The position numbers and the translations under genes are program-made. A stretch of DNA of 63,265 bases, filler included, from Octopus bimaculoides (lineage: Eukaryota): NCBI RefSeq assembly GCF_001194135.2. It is 5 parts of 5 records of this genome, joined end to end, with 100 filler letters (N's around TTAATTAATTAA, not from the genome) between each part and the next. Parts side by side here need not be neighbours in the genome. Positions count along the whole stretch, not along the records: positions 1 to 25,929 come from NC_068981.1; positions 26,030 to 43,267 come from NC_068985.1; 3 more parts are not named here. One strand, 5' to 3'. The first letter of the stretch is position 1. Each line of letters opens with the position of its first letter. Of the stretch, positions 25,245-34,851 are shown piece by piece. Under the pieces are notes generated by a model. The model searched no databases. It saw only the letters and a program-made list of their open reading frames with translations, and was not told where the DNA came from.

Positions 25245-25929
25245 ATGTGGGAACCACTTTCTATGTATTTGTAGTTGTTGGTATTGTGACACGTTCCACA
25301 TCTCCTATCACCACATTCTTTTACTATGAATTCTGGTTTAGTCTCTGGTCTGAATTCTGCCCTTGTCAGGTGTTTTTTAAGGTTTTTTGGTTGGCGTCTG
25401 CTATTCCGTAAGGTGTTTTTTTCAATCAGAGTTTTCATCTTAGGGCTTTGAAGGAGTATAGGCAGGTTCGATTTTATGACGTGGAATATGTTAGTTATTC
25501 CAGGACTGTATGTGTTAATGAACGGAATCGTGTTTTCATTAACTTTTTCCTTTGGTGTCCGTAGTTGGGTGATATTCAGTTCCATCGCCTTTTTAAATCC
25601 TTCATTAATTAGGCCTAAGGGGTACTTTTGTATAGTAAGGAAGCCTTTCAGTTCGTTGAGCCTGGTTTCACGCATTTTAGGGTCACTATAGCACAGATGC
25701 GTCTGGCCATGCTGTATGGGATGTTTCTTTTTATGTGTGATGGGTGACAAGAATAGAAGTTTAAATATTGGTGTGTATCGGTTTTTTTGTAAAATATGTC
25801 TGTTGTGACTGCAGTTTTGTATTTTTATGTGGATATCCAGGAATGGTAGTTCATTGCAACTGGATTCTGTTGTGAATTTGATGGAAGGGTGAAGTGCGTT
25901 TAGTATATTGTTAAATACATTTAGATCTT
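25245..25929 (-). mobile_element. Penelope-like element fragment: RT C-terminus, linker and Cys motif preceding GIY-YIG; two frameshifts
   Basis: LNALHPSIKFTTE...LPFLD / TDIFYKKTDTHQYLNFYSCHPSHIKRNIPYSMARRIC / ...RRQPKNLKKHLTRA...CGDRRCGTC. These are characteristic PLE RT-thumb and linker motifs. Bounded by N gaps on both sides. Confidence 0.9.
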
Positions 25930-26029
25930 NNNNNNNNNNNNNNNNNNNNNNNNNNNNNNNNNNNNNNNNNNNNTTAATTAATTAANNNNNNNNNNNNNNN
26001 NNNNNNNNNNNNNNNNNNNNNNNNNNNNN
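25930..26029. other. Assembly join spacer (44 N + TTAATTAATTAA + 44 N); identical spacers at 43268-43367, 44736-44835 and 60956-61055
   Basis: Fixed 100-bp layout repeated four times. The 12-mer is palindromic and has a stop in all six frames. Confidence 0.92.
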
Positions 26030-26344
26030 AGCTGGTCCCTCTATTGGGTCGACATATGGCAGGCTCTCTTTCTCCCATTCATTCTCTTTATTAAGCAATC
26101 TATCGTAGTGGCATCTCCAGACCTCTTTCTTTGCATCCTCATTTAGTGCAAGCGTACCATCATCCATGCGAACACATTTCTCTCCTACAACATCACTATT
26201 CTCTCTCCTACACTGTCTTGCAACACGAAATACCTCGAGTCTTTGGTCCTTACGGCGCAGAACATTGGCAAATCTTTCCTTATCTGCTTCCCCTCTGGCT
26301 AAATAAACCTGTCGCCTAGCCTCCCTTCTGGCACATTGGTACAA
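26030..26344 (-). mobile_element. RTE-clade LINE ORF2 fragment (between endonuclease and RT)
   Basis: KKEVWRCHYDRLLNKENEW resembles the RTE WRxY/HxxLLNxEN motif. Confidence 0.75.
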
Positions 26345-26636
26345 TATACATACACATATGTGTATATAAAATAGGAGAAAAGAGAATTAAGTAGACCAAG
26401 AATGAAGAAATAGATTTTGTTGGTGGTGGTCATTTCGGATGAAATGGTGTCATAAAATTGTTAATTACAAACCTATATGCTGACAAGTCTATATATGGTC
26501 ATATATATATGCATGTGTTTAGTTTACACGCACACACGTGTGTGAGTGAGCATGTACACTGTGTGTGTAGACTTGTCAGCATGTATGTTTGCAATTGAGT
26601 ATACTCACATACATATATATATAAATATACGCATAT

Positions 26637-27054
26637 ACTCTTTTACTTGTTTCAGTCATTTTGACTGGCCATGCTGGAGCACCGCCTTTAGTCGAGCAAA
26701 TCGACCCCAGGACTTAGTCTTTGTAAGCCTAGTACTTATTCTATCGGTCTCTTTTGCTGAACCACTAAGTTACGGGGACGTAAACACACCAGCATCGGTT
26801 GTCAAGTGATGTTGGGGGGAGACAAACACAGACACATAAACATATACACACATATATAAACAGACACATAAACATATACACACACACACATATATGCTGG
26901 TGTGTTTACGTCCCCATAACTTAGCAGTTCGGCAAAAAGAGACCGATAAAATAAGTACTAGGCTTACAAAGAATAAGTCCTGGGGGTCGATTTGCTCGAC
27001 TAAAGGCGGTGCCCCAGCATGGCCGCAGTCAAATGACTGAAACAAGTAAAAGAG
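26637..27054. mobile_element. Inverted pair of 3' halves of the major SINE
   Basis: Arms 26637-26795 (-) and 26894-27054 (+), about 160 bp each and highly similar, with a 98-bp spacer. Confidence 0.85.
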
Positions 27055-28120
27055 AAAAGAGAGATTCCCAGAATCATCATTGTGTGCCACTTTGTGATTC
27101 CTGGCTAGCTTCAGCCAAAGAATGATCTGCTTACACTCGTTAATAGTTTACACAGGTAAATCATTAGGGCATCAGGTGCGGGAAAGGTCGTATAGAAGAA
27201 GTTGCAGTGGGAGTAAGAAAACAGAATTGGGAATGAGAATCAGATATTCTAGTCTTCAAAAGAGAAGGTTATCTTATTTTATTTTTAATCTTTAGATCAC
27301 TCTGGCCAACAGTATCCATGTCGGCAGCACATTAAGAGCACATTTTCAGCACTGGGCCTCACAGAGACTACACTTGCACAAAGTGCCACACAGTGGGACT
27401 GAACTCGGAACCATGTGGTTGGGAAGCCACTCCTGCGCCTATATATATATTTATTTCTGTGTATGTGCAACTGATAAACGAAATGCAATTTGCGATAAAA
27501 ATTTACCGTTTTATTTTAAATAATCAGTGATTTCAGAACAAAACCTTTTGCAAAAGTTCGCCTGCATTTAGGATCTCTAACCCCTATTCACACTCCCAGA
27601 CAAATAATGCTGTATCGATTGATTTGGGAAAAAATAATAATAATAAAAGGAAAAGAACAACTTATATAAGTTGCTTGATGGTAACAAGAGAACGATAAAA
27701 AATTGAAGAGAGATAAATGCTTTGTATGTGAATGGAGAAATGGTAGGAAAAGTCTGTCAGAGTTGTTTCCCTTGATACATTTTGGGCATTTATTGAGAAG
27801 CAACGGTAACATGCATAGATGGTGAAATGGATGAGGGTACAAGCATGATGACACTATTTTTATTGAGCTATATTTTGGTTATGGTCTCAAGGTTCGGCAA
27901 TATCCTTAAGGAATTTATATTCATTTCCATGTCCTGCTGAAGTCGACGTTTGCTTAGAAGTCGGTGAGGGAAGTGATAGGTGAAACACGCTTACGCGCGC
28001 ATGTTCTTTCTTCCGCTCATATTCACACACCCATTGACTCTCGTGTCCATGAGTTGAATAGTGAAACATACACTCGCACAATGTAGTCATGTATATATGT
28101 TTGTTTGTATTTATGTACGT

Positions 28121-29244
28121 GTTGGCACTCCATCGCTTACGACGTCGAGGGTTCCAGTTGATCCGATCAACGGAACAGCCTGCTCGTGAAATTAACGTGC
28201 AAGCGGCTGAGCACTCCACAGACACGTGTACCCTCAACATAGTTCGGATCTTTATGATTTGACGGGCAACATTTTTTTATGTAGTGTTTTTGGTACCGAA
28301 ACACTTTCAAACTTCGAATACTTGTATATTTTGTGTTGTAGAACAGATAAAAAATTTTGTATTCGAAGTTATTTCATGTAAAAAATTGTCGTATTTNNNN
28401 NNNNNNNNNNNNNNNNNNNNNNNNNNNNNNNNNNNNNNNNNNNNNNNNNNNNNNNNNNNNNNNNNNNNNNNNNNNNNNNNNNNNNNNNNNNNNNNNNNNN
28501 NNNNNNNNNNNNNNNNNNNNNNNNNNNNNNNNNNNNNNNNNNNNNNNNNNNNNNNNNNNNNNNNNNNNNNNNNNNNNNNNNNNNNNNNNNNNNNNNNNNN
28601 NNNNNNNNNNNNNNNNNNNNNNNNNNNNNNNNNNNNNNNNNNNNNNNNNNNNNNNNNNNNNNNNNNNNNNNNNNNNNNNNNNNNNNNNNNNNNNNNNNNN
28701 NNNNNNNNNNNNNNNNNNNNNNNNNNNNNNNNNNNNNNNNNNNNNNNNNNNNNNNNNNNNNNNNNNNNNNNNNNNNNNNNNNNNNNNNNNNNNNNNNNNN
28801 NNNNNNNNNNNNNNNTATTCAGCTGAATAGACGTCAGTGATTGGTTGAAATTACAGAAATACGACAACTTTAACATGAAATAACTTGCGATGTACAATTT
28901 TTTGTTAAGAAGGTTAAGAGAAGAAGTTGTTTTATATGACACATTCTACCAGTGTCCCAAGTTTGAAAGTGTTGCCCGTCAAATCATAAGGATCCCATAG
29001 TTCTCGGGGATATTCAGCGTGACACAGTGTGACAAGGCTGATCCTTTGAATTACTGGTACAACAGAAACGGGAAGTAAGAGTGAGAGAAAGTTGTGGTTG
29101 AAGAGTACAGCAGGGTTCGCCACCATCCCCTGCCGGAGCCTCGTGGAGCTTCAGGTGTTTCCGCTCAATAAAAACTCACAACGCCCGGTCTGGGAATCGA
29201 AACCGCGAGCCCACTGCCCTAACCACTGGGCCATTGCGCCTCCA
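28121..29244 (-). mobile_element. Second copy of the 23260-23640 SINE, split by a DNA transposon; 13-bp TSD
   Basis: TSD TATTTATGTACGT at 28108-28120 and 29245-29257. The two halves 28121-28245 and 28995-29244 rejoin colinearly. Confidence 0.9.
28246..28994. mobile_element. Non-autonomous DNA transposon with 25/26-bp TIRs and 8-bp TSD (Merlin-like)
   Basis: TIRs GGATCTT(T)ATGATTTGACGGGCAACA; TSD CATAGTTC at 28238-28245 and 28995-29002. The superfamily is inferred from the 8-bp TSD plus 5'-GG termini. Confidence 0.8.
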
Positions 29245-29380
29245 TATTTATGTACGTACGTGCATATAAAAGACAATGTTTGTACGTGTGTGTGCGAACG
29301 TGTTCGGCTTTATGTATTTGAATTAACATACACACACACACCTGAAACACACACTTGCACAGTGTATGTATTTGTAAGTA

Positions 29381-29651
29381 ATATTCGTAGCCACTTTAAC
29401 AAGGCTGACCGTTCGCGTGGACTCTACTGCGATATTTTAACCCCAAGGGGGTATCTCCTCTAGCTGGTTAACGATGAGCAACTGCATCTGATAAAATTAC
29501 GAGCATCTAAGCGAACCCCTTCTTTCTACTGCTCGCAATATTATCGGATGCAGTTGTGCCTCGTTAACCAGCTAGAGATGTCTTCTTGGGGTTAAAATAT
29601 CGCAGTAGAGTCCGCGCGAACGGTCAGTCATCTTAAAGTGGCTACGAATAT
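29381..29651. mobile_element. Foldback MITE-like element (about 125-bp imperfect arms, 24-nt loop), CpG-rich
   Basis: ATATTCGTAGCCACTTTAA...TTAAAGTGGCTACGAATAT; arms 29381-29505 and 29530-29651. Confidence 0.8.
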
Positions 29652-30401
29652 GAATTGTCAGTACAACTACTGCGTTGATCTCTTAGGTTTTAGAACTAGC
29701 ATTTTTGCTTATGTATTTGTGTATGTAAGTATAGATGAAAGATGTGTGTGTGAGTAAAGCAGAACACGCTTACACACATACATGGTGCGAACGTATGTTT
29801 CCCTATTTAAATCATAGATGTGAAAGCCAATGAATGGGTGAATCTGTGAGCACGAGTGCTAGCATGTGCTTCACTTTTTCGCCTTCCTCATCTTCCTCAA
29901 AGCAAATGTCGTCCACAACAGGATATGAATTTATATATAAATAAGTAAATAAATAAAAATTGTTTACGGAAGTTGCCGAACATTCAGCTGCAAGAAAATT
30001 TACAAGGTTGAGACCATTTATTTTATTCTTTTACTTTTTACTCGTTTCACTCATTTTACTGCGGTCATTTTAGGCGAACAAATCAACCCCAGGACTTATT
30101 TTTTTGTAAGCCTAGTACTTATTCTATCGGTGTCTTTGTCGAACCGCTAATTTACGGAAGCTTGTGGGTGGAAATCAAGCTTCTTAGCAGAGAGCCACTC
30201 TTGCGCCTATACTGTCAACTGGTTACTTAAAAAAATTTTTTTTTTTTTTTTACACATTATGTGTTTGAACTTCGAGAAAATAACTTTGCAAGTTATTTTC
30301 TTTCAAAATTACAGAAGAATTAAACAGAGGTGATGTGTCGTTACAGAACGACGTTTCCTTGTTCGCAAGTCGTCGTTTTCCGCGGTTTGCTATTCTGACA
30401 C

Positions 30402-30428
30402 GTTTCTGTTTATTCATACACTTTTCAG
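30402..30428 (+). promoter_or_regulatory. Splice acceptor 6 nt upstream of the caspase ATG (5' UTR intron or upstream phase-0 exon)
   Basis: gtttctgtttattcatacacttttCAG|tcaaccATG. An in-frame TGA at 30396-30398 excludes a contiguous N-terminal extension. Confidence 0.6.
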
Positions 30429-30434
30429 TCAACC

Positions 30435-31286
30435 ATGGACTACACAGATGCACGACGTGTTGACGGTATATTTTTTAAAGAGAGAAACCCCGATTCACAA
30501 CCTGAAGATGTTGAAATGGTGTCTGTTGAGGAAAGTGGCGAATCTGTAAATACCAGATATGACATGGATCGTAATAAAAAGAATCTGGCTTTAATAATAA
30601 ATAACGAAAAGTTTGACAAATCGACAGGAATGTCTAGACGAGAAGGAACCGATGAAGATGCATCGGCGATTAAACGGACATTGGAGTCGTTGCATTTTAA
30701 GGTGATTAACCGCAAGAATTTATCAGTGAAAAGCATGAAACAAATCTTTTTGGATATATCTATGTTGGACCATAGGAACCATAATTGTTTCGTTTGTGTT
30801 ATATTGAGTCACGGCGAAGACAATAACTGGATATATGGCACTGATGATAAGGTAAAACTTGACGATTTAGTGGAGATGTTGCTTCCTGAAAAATGCCCAG
30901 GTTTAATAGGTAAGCCAAAACTATTCTTCATACAAGCCTGTCGGGGAAAGAAACGGGACAGTGGTGCAATTATGCACGATTGCGGCGATGTTAGAGTCGA
31001 ATATCAAAATGTCAAATCTCACAAAGTACCATTTTGGGCAGACGTGCTTCTGGCTTATTCCACTGTCCCTGGATTTTACTCCTATAGACGTCATACGATT
31101 GGATCCTGGTTTATTCATTCATTAGTCCACATTTTAGAAAAAGACGGAGACCGACTTGAACTGCAACAATTAATGATTTTGGTAAATCGTAAGGTTGCCT
31201 GTGAATATGAGCATACTTCCACTAAAATGAAACAGGTTCCTTGCATAGTAAGCATGTTAACGAAAGAATTATACTTTTTCAAGTAA
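30435..31286 (+). CDS. Effector caspase (caspase-3/7-like), 283 aa, CDS without introns
   Basis: Uninterrupted ORF with CAACCATGG start context. Contains LALIINN, R69 (RREGT), catalytic His126 (ILSHG), catalytic Cys169 (KPKLFFIQACRG), AYSTVPGFYSYR, GSWF and KQVPCIVSMLTKELYF. The short prodomain is typical of effector caspases; caspase-3 versus -7 cannot be resolved by eye. Confidence 0.97.
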   Translation: MDYTDARRVDGIFFKERNPDSQPEDVEMVSVEESGESVNTRYDMDRNKKNLALIINNEKFDKSTGMSRREGTDEDASAIKRTLESLHFKVINRKNLSVKSMKQIFLDISMLDHRNHNCFVCVILSHGEDNNWIYGTDDKVKLDDLVEMLLPEKCPGLIGKPKLFFIQACRGKKRDSGAIMHDCGDVRVEYQNVKSHKVPFWADVLLAYSTVPGFYSYRRHTIGSWFIHSLVHILEKDGDRLELQQLMILVNRKVACEYEHTSTKMKQVPCIVSMLTKELYFFK

Positions 31287-31500
31287 AATATTTCCTCTTC
31301 TGTCTCTTTCCATATACACGCACACTCTTGTTATTTTGTTATAAGTTTCAGCCCTAAGGCTGTGAAAATGCCAAATACTGTCTATTTCTGTTAATATTTA
31401 GTAGAGGTAACAGAGTTACTGAAGGTCCGAGTGTTTTGTCGTTTTATAAGTGCCAACACGCGAAACTTTCCCGTCTTGAGTTACTCTTCTACTAAATAGC

Positions 31501-31506
31501 AATAAA
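31501..31506 (+). terminator. Candidate poly(A) signal for the caspase transcript
   Basis: AATAAA about 215 nt after the stop codon. The context is AT-rich, so it could be chance. Confidence 0.35.
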
Positions 31507-32770
31507 AATACATACATAAATATATATATATATATATCTCGCTTTACCCCTCTCGTTCTTCCTCTGTTACTACTACGTATCTCTTTTTCCCCCTCGTTTT
31601 TCCTCTCTTTCTCTTTTCCTCTCGTTGCTCACCTATTCTTCTACTTCCTCCCTCTGTTTCTCTCTCTTCCCTTTACACCGGCATGGTCACATGCTTCCGG
31701 TCAATAATCCTTTCCTTCCTTGGCTTTCGCCAAGCAACGCACGCACCACTTTGTCCCTCTCGGGTCCGTGCCTCATCGCGTTCTTACANNNNNNNNNNNN
31801 NNNNNNNNNNNNNNNNNNNNNNNNNNNNNNNNNNNNNNNNNNNNNNNNNNNNNNNNNNNNNNNNNNNNNNNNNNNNNNNNNNNNNNNNNNNNNNNNNNNN
31901 NNNNNNNNNNNNNNNNNNNNNNNNNNNNNNNNNNNNNNNNNNNNNNNNNNNNNNNNNNNNNNNNNNNNNNNNNNNNNNNNNNNNNNNNNNNNNNNNNNNN
32001 NNNNNNNNNNNNNNNNNNNNNNNNNNNNNNNNNNNNNNNNNNNNNNNNNNNNNNNNNNNNNNNNNNNNNNNNNNNNNNNNNNNNNNNNNNNNNNNNNNNN
32101 NNNNNNNNNNNNNNNNNNNNNNNNNNNNNNNNNNNNNNNNNNNNNNNNNNNNNNNNNNNNNNNNNNNNNNNNNNNNNNNNNNNNNNNNNNNNNNNNNNNN
32201 NNNNNNNNNNNNNNNNNNNNNNNNNNNNNNNNNNNNNNNNNNNNNNNNNNNNNNNNNNNNNNNNNNNNNNNNNNNNNNNNNNNNNNNNNNNNNNNNNNNN
32301 NNNNNNNNNNNNNNNNNNNNNNNNNNNNNNNNNNNNNNNNNNNNNNNNNNNNNNNNNNNNNNNNNNNNNNNNNNNNNNNNNNNNNNNNNNNNNNNNNNNN
32401 NNNNNNNNNNNNNNNNNNNNNNNNNNNNNNNNNNNNNNNNNNNNNNNNNNNNNNNNNNNNNNNNNNNNNNNNNNNNNNNNNNNNNNNNNNNNNNNNNNNN
32501 NNNNNNNNNNNNNNNNNNNNNNNNNNNNNNNNNNNNNNNNNNNNNNNNNNNNNNNNNNNNNNNNNNNNNNNNNNNNNNNNNNNNNNNNNNNNNNNNNNNN
32601 NNNNNNNNNNNNNNNNNNNNNNNNNNNNNNNNNNNNNNNNNNNNNNNNNNNNNNNNNNNNNNNNNNNNNNNNNNNNNNNNNNNNNNNNNNNNNNNNNNNN
32701 NNNNNNNNNNNNNNNNNNNNNNNNNNNNNNNNNNNNNNNNNNNNNNNNNNNNNNNNNNNNNNNNNNNNNN

Positions 32771-33010
32771 TCATTTAAATAAAAACAAACGCGGGCGTAG
32801 CGGAGAACCCATCCCTTGTCATCACGTGACTGATTATTATTTGAAGCGGCAACTTCTTTGAACCGTTCCCGCCAGAACGCAAACTGACCAATCACGTCCC
32901 CTAATAAGGTCACGTGATAGAGTATTTTTCTGAAGCCTTCGGGAGCCGATAGTTTGTTATAAACAGCTTTAACTCGGCGGCCAAATTTGTCTCGGTTCAG
33001 TTTCTCTTTG
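32771..33010 (+). promoter_or_regulatory. CpG-rich Pol II promoter-like cluster
   Basis: TCACGTGAC at 32822-32830, GTCACGTGA at 32909-32917, CCAAT at 32888-32892, TTCCCGCC and two TTTGAA nearby, TATAAA at 32958-32963, TCAGTT at 32997-33002. Confidence 0.45.
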
Positions 33011-34211
33011 AGATCTGTTTCGTGTACCACACGACAGCAGCAGCAGCGGCAGCCAGCGACACATCAACAGCTTCGTACAACGATGACCACCGCCGCCGCC
33101 ACATCAGCAACACGAGTCTACGACTACTAACCAGTATCATCGTCATGACCAACACGATTCTATGATTACTACTAACCAGCATCATCGTCATGACCAACAC
33201 GATTCCACAATTACTACCAAGTAGCCTCTTCACCACCAGCGTCTACACGACTTACTATGTACACCAAACTAAACCACTGCGGCACATCTCTCTCTTCGAT
33301 TCTGTTAGGTGACTCAGCTTCACCACAATAAATAAACAGACAAGAGATTTCAGCCAGCGACGAACGACGAACATCTGTATAACAAGAATCACGGCCCGGC
33401 ATGGAAGCCACAACATCACAACTAGTGATCAGCACTGCCACACTCACAGCCTCAACTACTNNNNNNNNNNNNNNNNNNNNNNNNNNNNNNNNNNNNNNNN
33501 NNNNNNNNNNNNNNNNNNNNNNNNNNNNNNNNNNNNNNNNNNNNNNNNNNNNNNNNNNNNNNNNNNNNNNNNNNNNNNNNNNNNNNNNNNNNNNNNNNNN
33601 NNNNNNNNNNNNNNNNNNNNNNNNNNNNNNNNNNNNNNNNNNNNNNNNNNNNNNNNNNNNNNNNNNNNNNNNNNNNNNNNNNNNNNNNNNNNNNNNNNNN
33701 NNNNNNNNNNNNNNNNNNNNNNNNNNNNNNNNNNNNNNNNNNNNNNNNNNNNNNNNNNNNNNNNNNNNNNNNNNNNNNNNNNNNNNNNNNNNNNNNNNNN
33801 NNNNNNNNNNNNNNNNNNNNNNNNNNNNNNNNNNNNNNNNNNNNNNNNNNNNNNNNNNNNNNNNNNNNNNNNNNNNNNNNNNNNNNNNNNNNNNNNNNNN
33901 NNNNNNNNNNNNNNNNNNNNNNNNNNNNNNNNNNNNNNNNNNNNNNNNNNNNNNNNNNNNNNNNNNNNNNNNNNNNNNNNNNNNNNNNNNNNNNNNNNNN
34001 NNNNNNNNNNNNNNNNNNNNNNNNNNNNNNNNNNNNNNNNNNNNNNNNNNNNNNNNNNNNNNNNNNNNNNNNNNNNNNNNNNNNNNNNNNNNNNNNNNNN
34101 NNNNNNNNNNNNNNNNNNNNNNNNNNNNNNNNNNNNNNNNNNNNNNNNNNNNNNNNNNNNNNNNNNNNNNNNNNNNNNNNNNNNNNNNNNNNNNNNNNNA
34201 ATATATAGAAT

Positions 34212-34446
34212 ATGTCTTATTGAATAGATGAAATATTGAGTGTTCAATATAAAGGATTAAATATATAAAGGCGAATACGTATTTTCTATACCTTGTGGTA
34301 TTTCATCATGGCCGGTATGACAGACTGTTAAAGTATATCATACCGGCCATGATGAAATACCGCAAGGTATAGAAAATACGTATTCGCCTTTATATATTTA
34401 ATCCTTTATATTGAACACTCAATATTTCATCTATTCAATAAGACAT
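34212..34446. mobile_element. Near-perfect foldback element (109-bp arms, one mismatch, 17-nt loop)
   Basis: Arm 34212-34320 is the reverse complement of 34338-34446 except TTGTGG versus CCGCAA. Confidence 0.85.
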
Positions 34447-34851
34447 TCAATACGTTATTTCATTGTACCATCCATTTTTATTTTATATTATATATTGAAT
34501 ATTATATTATATATTGTATATTCCATATTCTATATCCCACATTGGTTTTGCAGGAATATAAATAAAACATAAAAAACAGACAGTGTTGGAACTCTTTTAA
34601 ACAAAATTATATATATATATATATACATACGAGGGTAATCCCAAAAGTAAGGGCTCCAAAGCACTTGGGATGCAGGGAAACTGTCCGTGCTTCTGTTGGC
34701 AACACTGTTGTATTTTTCTTGTGCCTGTGCCAGCCCTTGCATGCGCCTCACTGCTACGCTCAGTCTTGGCTTAGCAGTCGTATCTGATTGACGCTACCAC
34801 CAAACTTGGAATCTTGGGGTTAGTAGCCTGTGCTCTTAACCACTACGCCAT

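Noticed and set aside
14459-30429. Sidekick-caspase fusion protein by splicing the sdk exon to the caspase acceptor
   Set aside because: The sdk donor is phase 1, but the acceptor is phase 0 relative to the caspase frame. The splice gives CTC AAC CAT GGA ... TGA, a stop within 11 codons.
33120-33210. CRISPR-like direct repeats; also the 16-mer repeats at 20463 and about 62003
   Set aside because: Only 2-3 adjacent units with no unique spacers, in a eukaryotic context with no cas genes.
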